Both the position numbers and the translations under genes were made by a program. DNA of 61,388 nt, filler included, from Malassezia furfur (lineage: Eukaryota): the NCBI GenBank assembly GCA_052055015.1. It is 2 parts of 2 records of this genome, joined end to end, with 100 filler letters (N's around TTAATTAATTAA, not from the genome) between each part and the next. Parts side by side here need not be neighbours in the genome. Positions count along the whole stretch, not along the records: positions 1 to 30,727 come from JBQJIT010000098.1; 1 more part is not named here. One strand, given 5' to 3'. Below the pieces are notes generated by a model. The model was not told the origin of the DNA. It made no database searches and saw only the letters and a program-made list of their open reading frames with translations. Below, in pieces: positions 11,525-21,282 of this stretch (positions are counted from its first letter, which is position 1; every line of letters begins with the position of its first letter).

Positions 11525-12562
11525 CTAGATACGAGTATACGCCGAAACGACCGGCATCGACTGCCCGCTGCCGGCGGCGCCGCGCGTGGATGCCGCATCG
11601 ACGGGCGTCGCCATCGATGGCTGGTGCTCGATCGGCACGTTACGCACCGCATGCACATCGCCGTCGAGGATCGCCTGGTCGGGCAGGTGGCCAAGCCGGT
11701 AAATCTCGCGGCGCAGCCAACGCGTCACACGTTCGAGGTGCTGGGGAAAGAGGATCTCGGCGCGGATCGCGCGGTCCTCCTCCATCTCGCTGTTGATCGG
11801 TGCAGGCGCCAAGCCTGGGTCTTCCTTGTCCACAGCAAGCACAGGGAGACCCTCTTCGCTGGGGTCTTCGCCACGGCGCGTGCGGTCAATCGGCGTCTTG
11901 CGCTTGACGCCGCCGATGGTGCCCCAACCACCACCCCACACGTTGCGCCAAACAGCGCCGGAGAGGCGGACGTCGTCGGTTGCAAGCCCTTCGTCGTAGG
12001 CAATCATAGAGCCGCGGTGTTGCATGTGCAAATCTTTCAAGTAGCCCTTGACGAGGCGTGACGTCTGTACACCAAAGCGCTCGCGCATGCGCGACTCGGT
12101 GTCAATGAAAAAGTGGTTGATGAGCTCCTGTGCATAGGTGCGTGCCTCGGCCTTGGGCAGTGCGCGGAAGCGGCTCAGCAGGAGGAAGACGTGCAGGTTG
12201 GTCAGCTGGAACCACGTCTGGAAGGAAACAGGCAGCGCACACTCCTTGTACCAGAAATGCGCCTCGGCATGTGCACGCTGCGCTGCGCGGTCATACAGGT
12301 CGCCCGTGACCTTGATGGCCTTGCTGCGCACAAAGTTGTAGCCCAGTAGACGGCCCGTGCCCTTGATGAGCGACACGGCCCAGGGGCTGTACGTCTTTTT
12401 CGACGGTGGGGGAGTCGGAGGTGAGAGCGGCGCAAGCGAGCGGCGGAGCAGCAACTCACGCGTGCGTCCTGCGCGCTTCTCTGTACCTGACGTGCTCGCA
12501 CGCACGCCGAGCGCGACGCGAGGCACGGCGCGCGGCCGGACCGCCAGCGTCCAGGGGATCAT
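11525..12562 (-). CDS. CBP3: Ubiquinol-cytochrome c reductase chaperone Cbp3
   Basis: LPVSFQTWFQLTNLHVFLL and AYDEGL..DDVRLSGAVWRN. First ATG at 12562. Confidence 0.88.
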   Translation of the reverse strand: MIPWTLAVRPRAVPRVALGVRASTSGTEKRAGRTRELLLRRSLAPLSPPTPPPSKKTYSPWAVSLIKGTGRLLGYNFVRSKAIKVTGDLYDRAAQRAHAEAHFWYKECALPVSFQTWFQLTNLHVFLLLSRFRALPKAEARTYAQELINHFFIDTESRMRERFGVQTSRLVKGYLKDLHMQHRGSMIAYDEGLATDDVRLSGAVWRNVWGGGWGTIGGVKRKTPIDRTRRGEDPSEEGLPVLAVDKEDPGLAPAPINSEMEEDRAIRAEILFPQHLERVTRWLRREIYRLGHLPDQAILDGDVHAVRNVPIEHQPSMATPVDAASTRGAAGSGQSMPVVSAYTRI

Positions 12563-12598
12563 CGAGAGAGTGAACACGTGACACCACTCGCCGGCGCG

Positions 12599-13426
12599 AT
12601 GGGGTCACGGAGCCAGTTTAGGCCATGCATTGACCTGCATGGCGGCGAGGTAAAGCAGATTGTGGGCGGCACGCTCCAGCAGGACGAGTCGACGCTGCGC
12701 ACCAACTTTGTCGCGAAGCACCCGCCGGCGTACTACGCTAAATTGTACGCGGACCACGCCTTGCGCGGCGGGCACGTCATCAAGCTCGGTCCGGGCAACG
12801 ACGCAGCGGCCGAGGAGGCGCTCGCCGCGTGGCCCAACGGCCTGCAGGTGGGCGGTGGGATCACGGGCGAGAATGCAGGCGCGTGGATCGAGCGCGGTGC
12901 CGAAAAGGTGATTGTCACCTCGTACCTTTTCCCCGCGTGCCGTTTCTCGCTCGAACGCCTGCAGGAGCTCGAGGCAGCGGTGGGCAAGGAGCGCCTGGTG
13001 GTGGACATCAGCTGTCGTCGGCGTGGCGACGAGTGGGTCGTGGCGATGAACCGGTGGCAGGACTTGACGGACATGGTGCTGAGCCAAGAGACGTTGGATC
13101 TCGTGTCGGCGCACTGCAGGCACGTACACGCTTTCTACTTACACAGCGAGCTACTGATTCATGCGGCAGACGTCGAGGGCCTGTGCCAGGGCATCGATGA
13201 GCAGCTCGTAACGCGCCTGGGCGAGTGGGTGTCGATCCCGACGACCTATGCGGGCGGCGCGCGGCGTACGTATGCGCGATGACTGACCTTTGCAGACATC
13301 GAGGACCTCGAGCTCGTCAACCGACTGTCGCGCGGCAAGGTCGACCTGACGTTTGGCAGCGCGCTCGACATCTTCGGCGGGCGCGGCGTGACGCTCGACG
13401 CGCTCGTCGCGTGGAATCGTTCATAG
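12599..13426 (+). CDS. HIS6: ProFAR isomerase His6
   Basis: [44 protein letters not shown] intron 13120-13146 (27 nt) and GT-AG intron 13266-13295 (30 nt). Confidence 0.93.
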
Positions 13427-13471
13427 TCACGTGCAGCACGGGCGGTCGGACGGACGTTGGTCGCGGCGAGC

Positions 13472-16184
13472 ATGGAGGGATTTGCTGGGCCGGGCGGCGC
13501 GGGCCCTGCGGGCCTGTCGCTCTCCGAGATTCTGCAGCAGTCGCGCAAGCTGACGAACCAGCTGGGGCGCGACTCGGATTTGCCGTCGATCCAGCTCGGC
13601 ATCGACCAAATTGAGAGCCAGAGCCGCAAGCTCGCGAGCAAGAGCGTGCGTAACGGCACGCCCGCCGCGGATGCGCGCGCGTACGTCCCCGAGTGACTGA
13701 CCCAGGCATTATTTGCTCGCAAGCGGCGGCATCGATGCGGTGCAGCTCACCAATGCGATCGAACACACCAACATCGCCAACACGTTTGAGCCGCTGCAGC
13801 CCGTGTACGACACGGACTTGGACGGTTTCAACCGACACGAGCACGAGCAGGTTATCCTGAGCATGATTGAGGAGAGCCGCCGCGAGACGCTGGACGACTT
13901 CCAGCGCCGCCTGGGCGATGCGCTCCACCACGACTGGCAGCGGCAAAAGCGGCGTCTCGTCGAGGAGCTCGGCGAGCACCAGCCGGATGCCCACGAGGCG
14001 AGCGCACTGCTGCGCCGCTCCGCGGGCGCCTCTGCGGCGCCCGCCAGCATCGCGGACGATGCGCCCAATGCGGCGCTGCTCCACGGCCGCATGGTGCGCT
14101 ACGACACGGTCGTCGCGCGCATGAACCGCGCGCGTGCGGAGCACGAGCCGACGCCTGTCGTGCACGCGTTCATGGAGACGGTCGAGAGCATGGTGCAGGA
14201 TGCGAGCCGCAAGCGCGCACTGCTCGAGGCGTGGACCGTGCTGAAGCACATGGTGCGCAGTGCGAGCGGCGAGCGGTCGTGCGCCGCGGCCTACCTCGAC
14301 CTCGACGCATTCCGCAGCGCGCCGGGTGCGACGCTGCGTGAGGCATGGGTCGCCGGTGCGCGCGCCTACCTCGAGGCGCAGTTTGCTGCGTACATGGAGC
14401 AGGTGATCGCCGCGGCGCCGCTGCAGGCGCAGCGCGGCGGCGTGCCGACGGTGCGGGCGACCGTCGCGGCGTTTCTGCGCGCCCAGCTGCGCACGCCGCA
14501 GGGCACATGGCCCGCGGGTGTCGCACGCGAGATGGACAGCGAAACGGACACGCCGCTGTGGGCGCACCTCTTTTACCTTGTGCGCACCGGCCACGCCGCC
14601 GAGGCGCTGCAGTGTGCGCACGCCAACGAGGCGGTGCTCCAGCGCGCGGACGGCGCCTTTTTGGCGTATTTCAAGGCGTGGCTCGACACGCCCGCACGGC
14701 AGCTGCCGCGCACGATGCGCGAGCACCTCATGGCCGAGTACGTGACGCGCTTCCGTGCCACCTCGCTCGACACGCAGGACCCGTACCACTATGCGCTCTA
14801 CCGACTGATGGGCCGCTTCGACGTTGCGAAAAAGTTTCCGGCGGCGCTCGTGGGCAGCACGGAAAACTGGCTCTGGCTCCAGCTTTGCCTCACGTGCGAG
14901 GTGCCGGGCGACGGCGACGCGCAGGACCCGACGCTGCGCGCGCTCACCCTGCGCGACCTGGCGGGCAAGCTGGAGAAGTACGGCGCGGCGCACTTCGACC
15001 CCAAGGGCACGCGCCCGCTGCACTACTTCCAGCTGCTCGTGCTCGTCGGCGAGTTTGAGCGTGCGGTGGCGTCCCTGTACGCTCAGCCCGCGTACCAGGT
15101 GGATGCGGTGCACCTGGCCATTGCGCTTACCTACTACGGCCTGCTCCGGGTGCCGGCCGCGGTGGATGCGTCGCAGTTTGAGCTGCTGAGCGTCGTGCGT
15201 GGCGTGGCGTACGTGGACCTCGCCAAGATGGTGCAGCGGTACACGCGCGCGTTTGCCTCGTCGGCGCCGCGCGAGGCGCTCGCCTACATCAGCGTGCTCA
15301 GCCTGAACGCCGATGCGCCCGCGCCGATCGGCGCCGAGCAGGTGCAGCGCTGCCACGAGTTGGTGCGTGGCCTGATCCTCGACGCGCCCTCGTCGAGCTT
15401 TGTCGAGCTGCTCGGCACGACACGCGCCGACGGCACGCCTGTGCCCGGGCTCGTCGAGCAGCACCTCGATTTGCTGCACCTCGACGACCAGCGTGCGTTT
15501 GTGCGGCGCATCGTGCTGTCAGCCGCCGAGCAGTGCGAGCGTGAGCAGCGCACCACCGACGCTATCCTCCTGTACAACCACATCGGCGAGCGCGACACGG
15601 TGATCCGCGTGCTCAACGCCGAGCTCGGCGCGACGCTCATGGACCCGGTGCCCCTCGCCGAGTTCCAGGCGCCGGGCGACGGCGCGGCGCCTGCGGCGCT
15701 CGGTGCGGCGCCGCGCCTCGTGCCGCTTGCGCGCAGCATCCTCGCAAGCTACGAGGGGCAGTTCGGCTACCAGGGCGCGGCGGGTGCCGTGTGCCACACG
15801 CTGCTCGGCGTGAAGCGTGCCGTATCGCTGTACAACGACGCGCAGCTGCTGCCCGCGCTGCAGGCACTCGAGGCGCTCCACGTCTTGCCGCTCGACGCCG
15901 AGGCTCGCAAGGACGTCGTGAGCATCACGCGCAAGGCCGACGAGTTCAAGACGCTCGACGAGAACCTCACCAAGAACTTCTCCGACGTGGTGCTGATGGC
16001 CATGACGCTGCTGTACAAGCTGCACCAGGAGCTCAAGGCGTCGGTCACGCGTACCCACTCGGGCGCGCTGTACGAGTACCGCGCGCAGGCGCGCGCACTC
16101 ATGATGTGGGCCGGCATGCTGCGCTTCCGCATGAGCAACGAGACCTACAGCCAGCTCACGCGCCTCGACGTGTACCTCCACTAG
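13472..16184 (+). CDS. NIC96: Nucleoporin Nic96/Nup93
   Basis: DLPSIQLGIDQIESQSRKL, EPLQPVYDTD, LWAHLFYLVRTG, ENWLWLQL. 25-nt intron 13681-13705. Confidence 0.92.
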
Positions 16185-16227
16185 TCGTTCGTATCTCTAC
16201 AGCGTGCGCACCTCCTCCTTGCTACGG

Positions 16228-18645
16228 CTAGGGCTCGGCGTCCCCTTGCGACAATCGCGTGGACGACAGCTGGTCCTGCAGTGCACGGGTGTCGCTCGCC
16301 ATGCTCGCAGCAAAGCCCGACATCCGCGGCACCGAGTTGTGCGGCGAGTCCGCCGGCGACGACGCCAGCGAGCTCACCGGCTTCAGCGCGTCCTCCACAT
16401 CCAAATCGCGCCGGCTCGGCGGCCAGGCGGCATCGGCGGCGTGCTCACCGCGCTGCTGCGCCTGCAGCGCCAGCTCGATCTCGCCCTGCGTCACCACGCC
16501 GTCGAGCCACGGGTGCTCGAGCGCCTCGCGTGCCGATGCGCGCTCCTTGGGATTAAGCCGCAGCATCGGCAGCAGGAAGGAAGAAAGTTGTTGCGCGCGG
16601 TCGAGCGGCAAGAGGTATTTTTCTTGCAGCACATTGATCAGTGGCCAGTAGCGCAGCTTGTGGATGTGCCGCGGCTCGCCTTTGCGATTAAAAATCTCCG
16701 CACTGTACTTCCCCGAGAAGGCCAGGCTCTTGGGGAAGTCGCCCAGGAGCTCGATGATCTGCGCAATGTGGTCGTCGTCCTTGTTGTACTTGGCGCCCGC
16801 CGCGGGGTCAAACAGGTAGTCACCCGTCAGCAGCTCAAAAAACATGGCGCTCGCACTCCACAAGTCGGCCGTGGTGCCCCACTTGGCCCCGAGAATCGCC
16901 TCGGGACACCGGTACTGACGCGTTTGGATATCGTTCGTAAAGTGGTGGTCCGTCCAGCACGCATTGCCCAGGTCCGCAATCTTGACCGTGATGCGCTCCA
17001 GCGACGACGGATCGTACGGCGGTGGCGGCGGCAGTACCGTCGGGTCTCCCGCCGCGGGCGCGGGGCGCAGCACCGAGTCGAGCACCTCGGGGCCGGACGT
17101 CGACGTGGCCGCCGATGCGGGCGGCGATGAGGACGCGGGCGGCGACACCTCGGGGGGCACCGCGCCCGCCGACGCCCCGGGTGCATTGCCATCGTCAGCC
17201 TTATGCGACGACGGCGAGGGCGACGATGACGACGAGTGCACGTCCGCCTTGGGCGCCTGCTGCGACAGGAGCGACGGGCCCTTTTGCACGGGCAGCGCCA
17301 TCTTACCGCCCAACGACACATTGGCGTTGCTCGGTTTCCCATCGGTGGGTGACAGTGGGTTGGCCGATGCGTTGTGCGGCAGATTCGACGTGGCCAGGCT
17401 GCCGCTCAGCGACGCCAGCGATTGGCCCTGGCCCGAATCGACCGAGCCGCGCGACTCGTGGTCGAGGCGCGACATGCTAAACACAAGCTTGTCCAGCATG
17501 GGACTCGAGCACAGCGAGCTGCTCGGACTCGGCAAAGGGCGCGAGCTCGTGATAAATACAGGGTCGCGCCGCGGCGTCTGCGTGCCGCCGCGCCCCTGAC
17601 TAGGGGGTACACCGACGAGCTTGGTTGCCACCGCCATCGGGTTTGTCCGCAACTCCGCCTCGACGACTGCCTCGACGTCGTCAATGCAAATGAGCACATT
17701 CTCGGGCTTGAGGTCAGTGTGGATGATACCGCAGCTGCGGTGCATGTAGTCCAATCCGAGCAGCACCTGCTTAGCGATCTGCTTCACAATGTGCGTCGGC
17801 ACACCGCGGTGCTGATACCGCTTGATCAGCCCCAGCAAGTTCTCGCCGAGCACCTCAAACACCATGCACACGTGCGATCCATTCGGGCCCTTGTGCCGGA
17901 AGTGGTCCAGCAACGACACGCAGTGGCGACACCCGGGATGGTTGCGGTCCGCGGACACGAGGCGCTGCAGCAGTTTGATCTCGTCGAGCGCCGTCTCGGT
18001 ATAGTGGGGGGCCGACTTGACCACCTTCATCGCGACGTGGCGATTCGCCCTGAGGTCAGCGCCAGACACGTACACCACATCCTTTGCGAGCCACACCGTC
18101 GAAAAGTGGCCCCAGCCCAGCTTGCGAACAATCACGTATCGCCCGTTCGAGAAGCGGTCGCCGACGTTCACGGGGTGGTACCCACCTCGGCAGTAGTCCT
18201 CAAAGTCCTCCTCGTCCTCGGTCAACACTGAGTCTGCATTCTCCGAGCCAGTGTGTTGCGAACTGCCTGTGAGGCTCTCAGCCATGAGGTCGCTGTCCAA
18301 CACCGATCCCGTCTGCACATGCAACGGCATCGCGTTGGGTGGCTGCGACGCCGCCGGCGGCGTCGGGATGTCTTTCGCCCCCGACACGGGAGGCATCGAG
18401 GATGCCGCGGTATGATGCTGCGTGCTCGCCGTTTGCAAGGCACTACGCTCTGAGTTTGACGCAGACGACGCGTGCGACGACCCGTGCGTGGTCGCACTCT
18501 CGTGCGACACTGAGGTCGAGGCACCCGCGTTGGACGGCGGCCAGAACAACCGCTTCATACTGTCCACAGGTGTTAGCACATGCGGCCCACGACACAAAGA
18601 TACGCACGGATTTGTTGTTTCTCCGGTATGCGGAGCTGATACCAT
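16228..18645 (-). CDS. SKY1: SR-protein kinase (Sky1/Dsk1, SRPK family)
   Basis: GGYHPV, KLGWGHFSTVWL, HTDLKPEN, spacer insert, KIADLGNACW, IQTRQYR. 24-nt in-frame intron 18073-18050. Start uncertain (possible 48-nt intron before MKRLFW). Confidence 0.92.
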   Translation of the reverse strand: MVSAPHTGETTNPCVSLCRGPHVLTPVDSMKRLFWPPSNAGASTSVSHESATTHGSSHASSASNSERSALQTASTQHHTAASSMPPVSGAKDIPTPPAASQPPNAMPLHVQTGSVLDSDLMAESLTGSSQHTGSENADSVLTEDEEDFEDYCRGGYHPVNVGDRFSNGRYVIVRKLGWGHFSTVWLAKDVVYVSGADLRANRHVAMKVVKSAPHYTETALDEIKLLQRLVSADRNHPGCRHCVSLLDHFRHKGPNGSHVCMVFEVLGENLLGLIKRYQHRGVPTHIVKQIAKQVLLGLDYMHRSCGIIHTDLKPENVLICIDDVEAVVEAELRTNPMAVATKLVGVPPSQGRGGTQTPRRDPVFITSSRPLPSPSSSLCSSPMLDKLVFSMSRLDHESRGSVDSGQGQSLASLSGSLATSNLPHNASANPLSPTDGKPSNANVSLGGKMALPVQKGPSLLSQQAPKADVHSSSSSPSPSSHKADDGNAPGASAGAVPPEVSPPASSSPPASAATSTSGPEVLDSVLRPAPAAGDPTVLPPPPPYDPSSLERITVKIADLGNACWTDHHFTNDIQTRQYRCPEAILGAKWGTTADLWSASAMFFELLTGDYLFDPAAGAKYNKDDDHIAQIIELLGDFPKSLAFSGKYSAEIFNRKGEPRHIHKLRYWPLINVLQEKYLLPLDRAQQLSSFLLPMLRLNPKERASAREALEHPWLDGVVTQGEIELALQAQQRGEHAADAAWPPSRRDLDVEDALKPVSSLASSPADSPHNSVPRMSGFAASMASDTRALQDQLSSTRLSQGDAEP

Positions 18646-18821
18646 TTCCGTGTGGGAGAGGTTGCTGGCCAAGGCCACCAGCGCACAGGCACCCCACCGA
18701 GCCCGATCCCAGTCGCGCTGACTCAGCGCGCGAGATAAAGACACCGCTGGCGGTTCGGCGATAACGCGACGGTACCCTGTCAGGTCCTTCTCCACGTGCG
18801 CCCGATTGCCCGATTGTTGCC

Positions 18822-19624
18822 ATGCTCCAACCTCGCTCGCCGTGCAGCGATGTGGGGGGCGCACGGCTCACGCTGTGCCAGGCCGTGTACGTGCCCCACT
18901 CACATTGCAGCGCCCACCTAAGCAGACAGGGGGCATGTCCGGATGGTGTATACGTGTCACCAGACAACCAAGACACTCTTCGTACGCACGCGATCCGCTC
19001 ACACAGGCTGGAACGGCGTCGTGTTCGTACGATCTGGCGCGTACGCTTCCGGCGTGTTTCGGTTCAGCATTCAATTTACTACGGTTGGAAGCATTCTGGC
19101 GATACCGTCCGTGTTTTTGCCCCAGATCCTCTTGCACCCACTCGTAGAGGTACGTCGCTGCTGCCCTCACGCAGCCGGGCGATGGGCGCCTCAATCTGCA
19201 GCCGTTCCTTGCGCTCGCCCATGAGCACGGGTGGGAAACGGTGCCAGATCAACCAGAATTCTTTGCGGCACTCACGCAGTATATCGCAGCCTGTTTCGAC
19301 GACACGCTCCTCGAACGGCTCTCCGCGTCGTGGATCCGGAATGAGCGCATGTATACGTACGTTGCCCCACCCGGACCCTGACCCAGCCTCTTTACCACCG
19401 AAAAAACGCTCTTTGGCCGCCTCGCACAACAATCGGCAAGCTTGTCCAACGCCGACGCGGGCCTCTACGATGCGCACTCAGGCAGCAACGTCCCCGGCGA
19501 CATGGACTTTACGCTACTGCCCCATCACAAACAAGCGCAAAAACAGCCACCATCCAGTGCACTTCCTTTCGCACCCTTGTCCGATATCGAGTTCGCGCGC
19601 ATACGCGACCACATCCAGCCATAG
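18822..19624 (+). CDS. UBC-fold pseudo-enzyme, FTS/AKTIP/crossbronx-like
   Basis: Appears only after removing introns 18887-18910, 18982-19006, 19150-19174 and 19357-19386: CPDGVYVSP..LRWNGVVFVRSGAYASGVFRFSIQF..LHPLVEPGDGRLNL. Confidence 0.8.
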
Positions 19625-19718
19625 CCGCCAACCCACTGCGCGCACGGGCGCCGAGCGGCGTCTGGGGAAACGAGGAAATATGTTGGTCTGCAGACGCGTG
19701 GTCTCGGCGCTTTCTGCG

Positions 19719-20372
19719 ATGGCATCGACGGCGCCCCCGCGGCGTCCCAAGCGCAAGCGTGTGCGCAAGACACGTACAGCCGTCATCAGCTCGTCCGAGA
19801 GCTCATCAAGCGATGAGCAGGTGCCTGTAAAATCACCCGATGCGCCGAAACGTACATCACCCACAACGCAGCGTGCCCCGAGTGGGCCCAAGGGCGGCTA
19901 CGACTCCGACTCGGGCAGCGAGCTGGGTCATGACGACCTCGATACAGCACAGCATAGGCGCGACCTGAACGATCTTGCCGATGCGCTATCGCCGCCGCTC
20001 ATTCACGTGCCAACGGGCGACGACGAAGCACCGGTCGACACCTATACGCCAAAGATCCGCGTGGGCAACCGCATGGCGACGCTCACGCCACAGGCCATTT
20101 CTGATGAGCTACATGAAAAACAGAAAGAATCATTCCACTCGCTCTGGATGCAGTCACTCACCGAGGAGTTCGGCAACGAGCTCGACGAACTGCGCCAAAA
20201 CGACCCTCGCCTGAGCTCAGGACCGGCGAACGCCACGAATGCCACCGCACGTCTCCCACTACTTATCGATGCGCTCTCGTTCGGGAGCGAAGTGTACTCT
20301 CATGCACCTACAACGAAGGATGAGACGGGTCACGACATGGTGGACGAGATTCAAATGGCTCTGCCAGACTAG
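19719..20372 (+). CDS. RSA3: Ribosome assembly protein Rsa3
   Basis: Basic RRPKRKR plus Ser/Asp N-terminus. C-terminal FHSLWMQSLTEEFGNELDELRQ..LPLLIDAL. Confidence 0.8.
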   Translation: MASTAPPRRPKRKRVRKTRTAVISSSESSSSDEQVPVKSPDAPKRTSPTTQRAPSGPKGGYDSDSGSELGHDDLDTAQHRRDLNDLADALSPPLIHVPTGDDEAPVDTYTPKIRVGNRMATLTPQAISDELHEKQKESFHSLWMQSLTEEFGNELDELRQNDPRLSSGPANATNATARLPLLIDALSFGSEVYSHAPTTKDETGHDMVDEIQMALPD

Positions 20373-20397
20373 TGATTATGTATACCTAGACGGCCCA

Positions 20398-21201
20398 CTA
20401 CAGACGGAACGGAGTACGAGGGTACTCGGTCTTCTTCGATGCCTCGTTGTCTGTAAAGAAGAGCACATCGCCCGGCACAAACGGACGCACGCGGCTCGCC
20501 GGCAGGTGCTGCTCAGGGTCGCCCAGTACCTTGCCGAGCGCATCCTGCTTGCCCTCACCGGTAAGCACAAAGGCAACGTGGTGCGCATGGTTCAACACGG
20601 GATAGGTGAGGGTAATGCGGCGCAGCGGTGGCTTCGGCGAGTCGTAGATCGGCGCCACCCAGCGGCCGTGCTCCCCGAGCAGCGGGTGGTTCGGGAACAA
20701 GCTCGCGGTGTGGCCGTCAGGGCCCATGCCAAGCAGAATCAGGTCGAACACGGGGTTACGCACCGAGTCCTTGCCCGTGAATGCCTCAGCCAGCTGCTTC
20801 TCATACTCGTCCGAGAGCTCCTCGGGGTCCTCGAGCAGCGACTCCTTGATCGTGTGAATCTGGCTGGGCTGCAGTTCGGGGACCTTAGAGAAGAGCTCCT
20901 TGTTGCACAAATCGTAGTTGGAGTCTTCATGATCGAGCGGAACCAGGCGCTCGTCTGCGAAGAAAATTTGCCACTTGTCCCAGCGGACCGCCTTGTCCGA
21001 GCGGCCGACCAGGTGCTTGGCCAGCAGCTTAGGCAGCGAGCCACCGGACGTTGCGACCGTGAACATGTTGCGGCGCTCAATTGCCTCGTTCTGCACCTTG
21101 ATCACGTACTCGGCCAGTGCCTGGCTGAGCTCATCGCCCGTGGCAAAGTCATACAGGACGGGCTCACTGTGCTCGCGCTTCGGGTCCTGAGTGCCCACCA
21201 T
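20398..21201 (-). CDS. 6-phosphogluconolactonase (Sol family)
   Basis: SGGSLP, FFADERLVP, FDLILLGMGPDGHTASLFP, SPKPPLRRITLT. Confidence 0.95.
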   Translation of the reverse strand: MVGTQDPKREHSEPVLYDFATGDELSQALAEYVIKVQNEAIERRNMFTVATSGGSLPKLLAKHLVGRSDKAVRWDKWQIFFADERLVPLDHEDSNYDLCNKELFSKVPELQPSQIHTIKESLLEDPEELSDEYEKQLAEAFTGKDSVRNPVFDLILLGMGPDGHTASLFPNHPLLGEHGRWVAPIYDSPKPPLRRITLTYPVLNHAHHVAFVLTGEGKQDALGKVLGDPEQHLPASRVRPFVPGDVLFFTDNEASKKTEYPRTPFRL

Positions 21202-21282
21202 CCTTGTGTGGAGCCAGGCCTTGTCCCACCGGTCCCGCCATATGCACGTGGAATCATCGGGCATCGGGCGAATTCTTCCAGC

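Noticed and set aside
13317..15479. 720-aa antisense ORF over NIC96, and similar ones at 25719-27299, 34947-36584 and 54708-56135
   Set aside because: Shadow ORFs expected from high GC3 codon bias, with no recognisable motifs.
18822..20372. 516-aa ORF
   Set aside because: Chance read-through joining unspliced FTS-like sequence to RSA3.
20239..21282. Long N-terminal extension or fusion of ThrRS (also DDX41 from 26857 and TDG from 53175)
   Set aside because: The extensions are antisense to neighbouring genes, and better ATGs lie in the short intergenic gaps.
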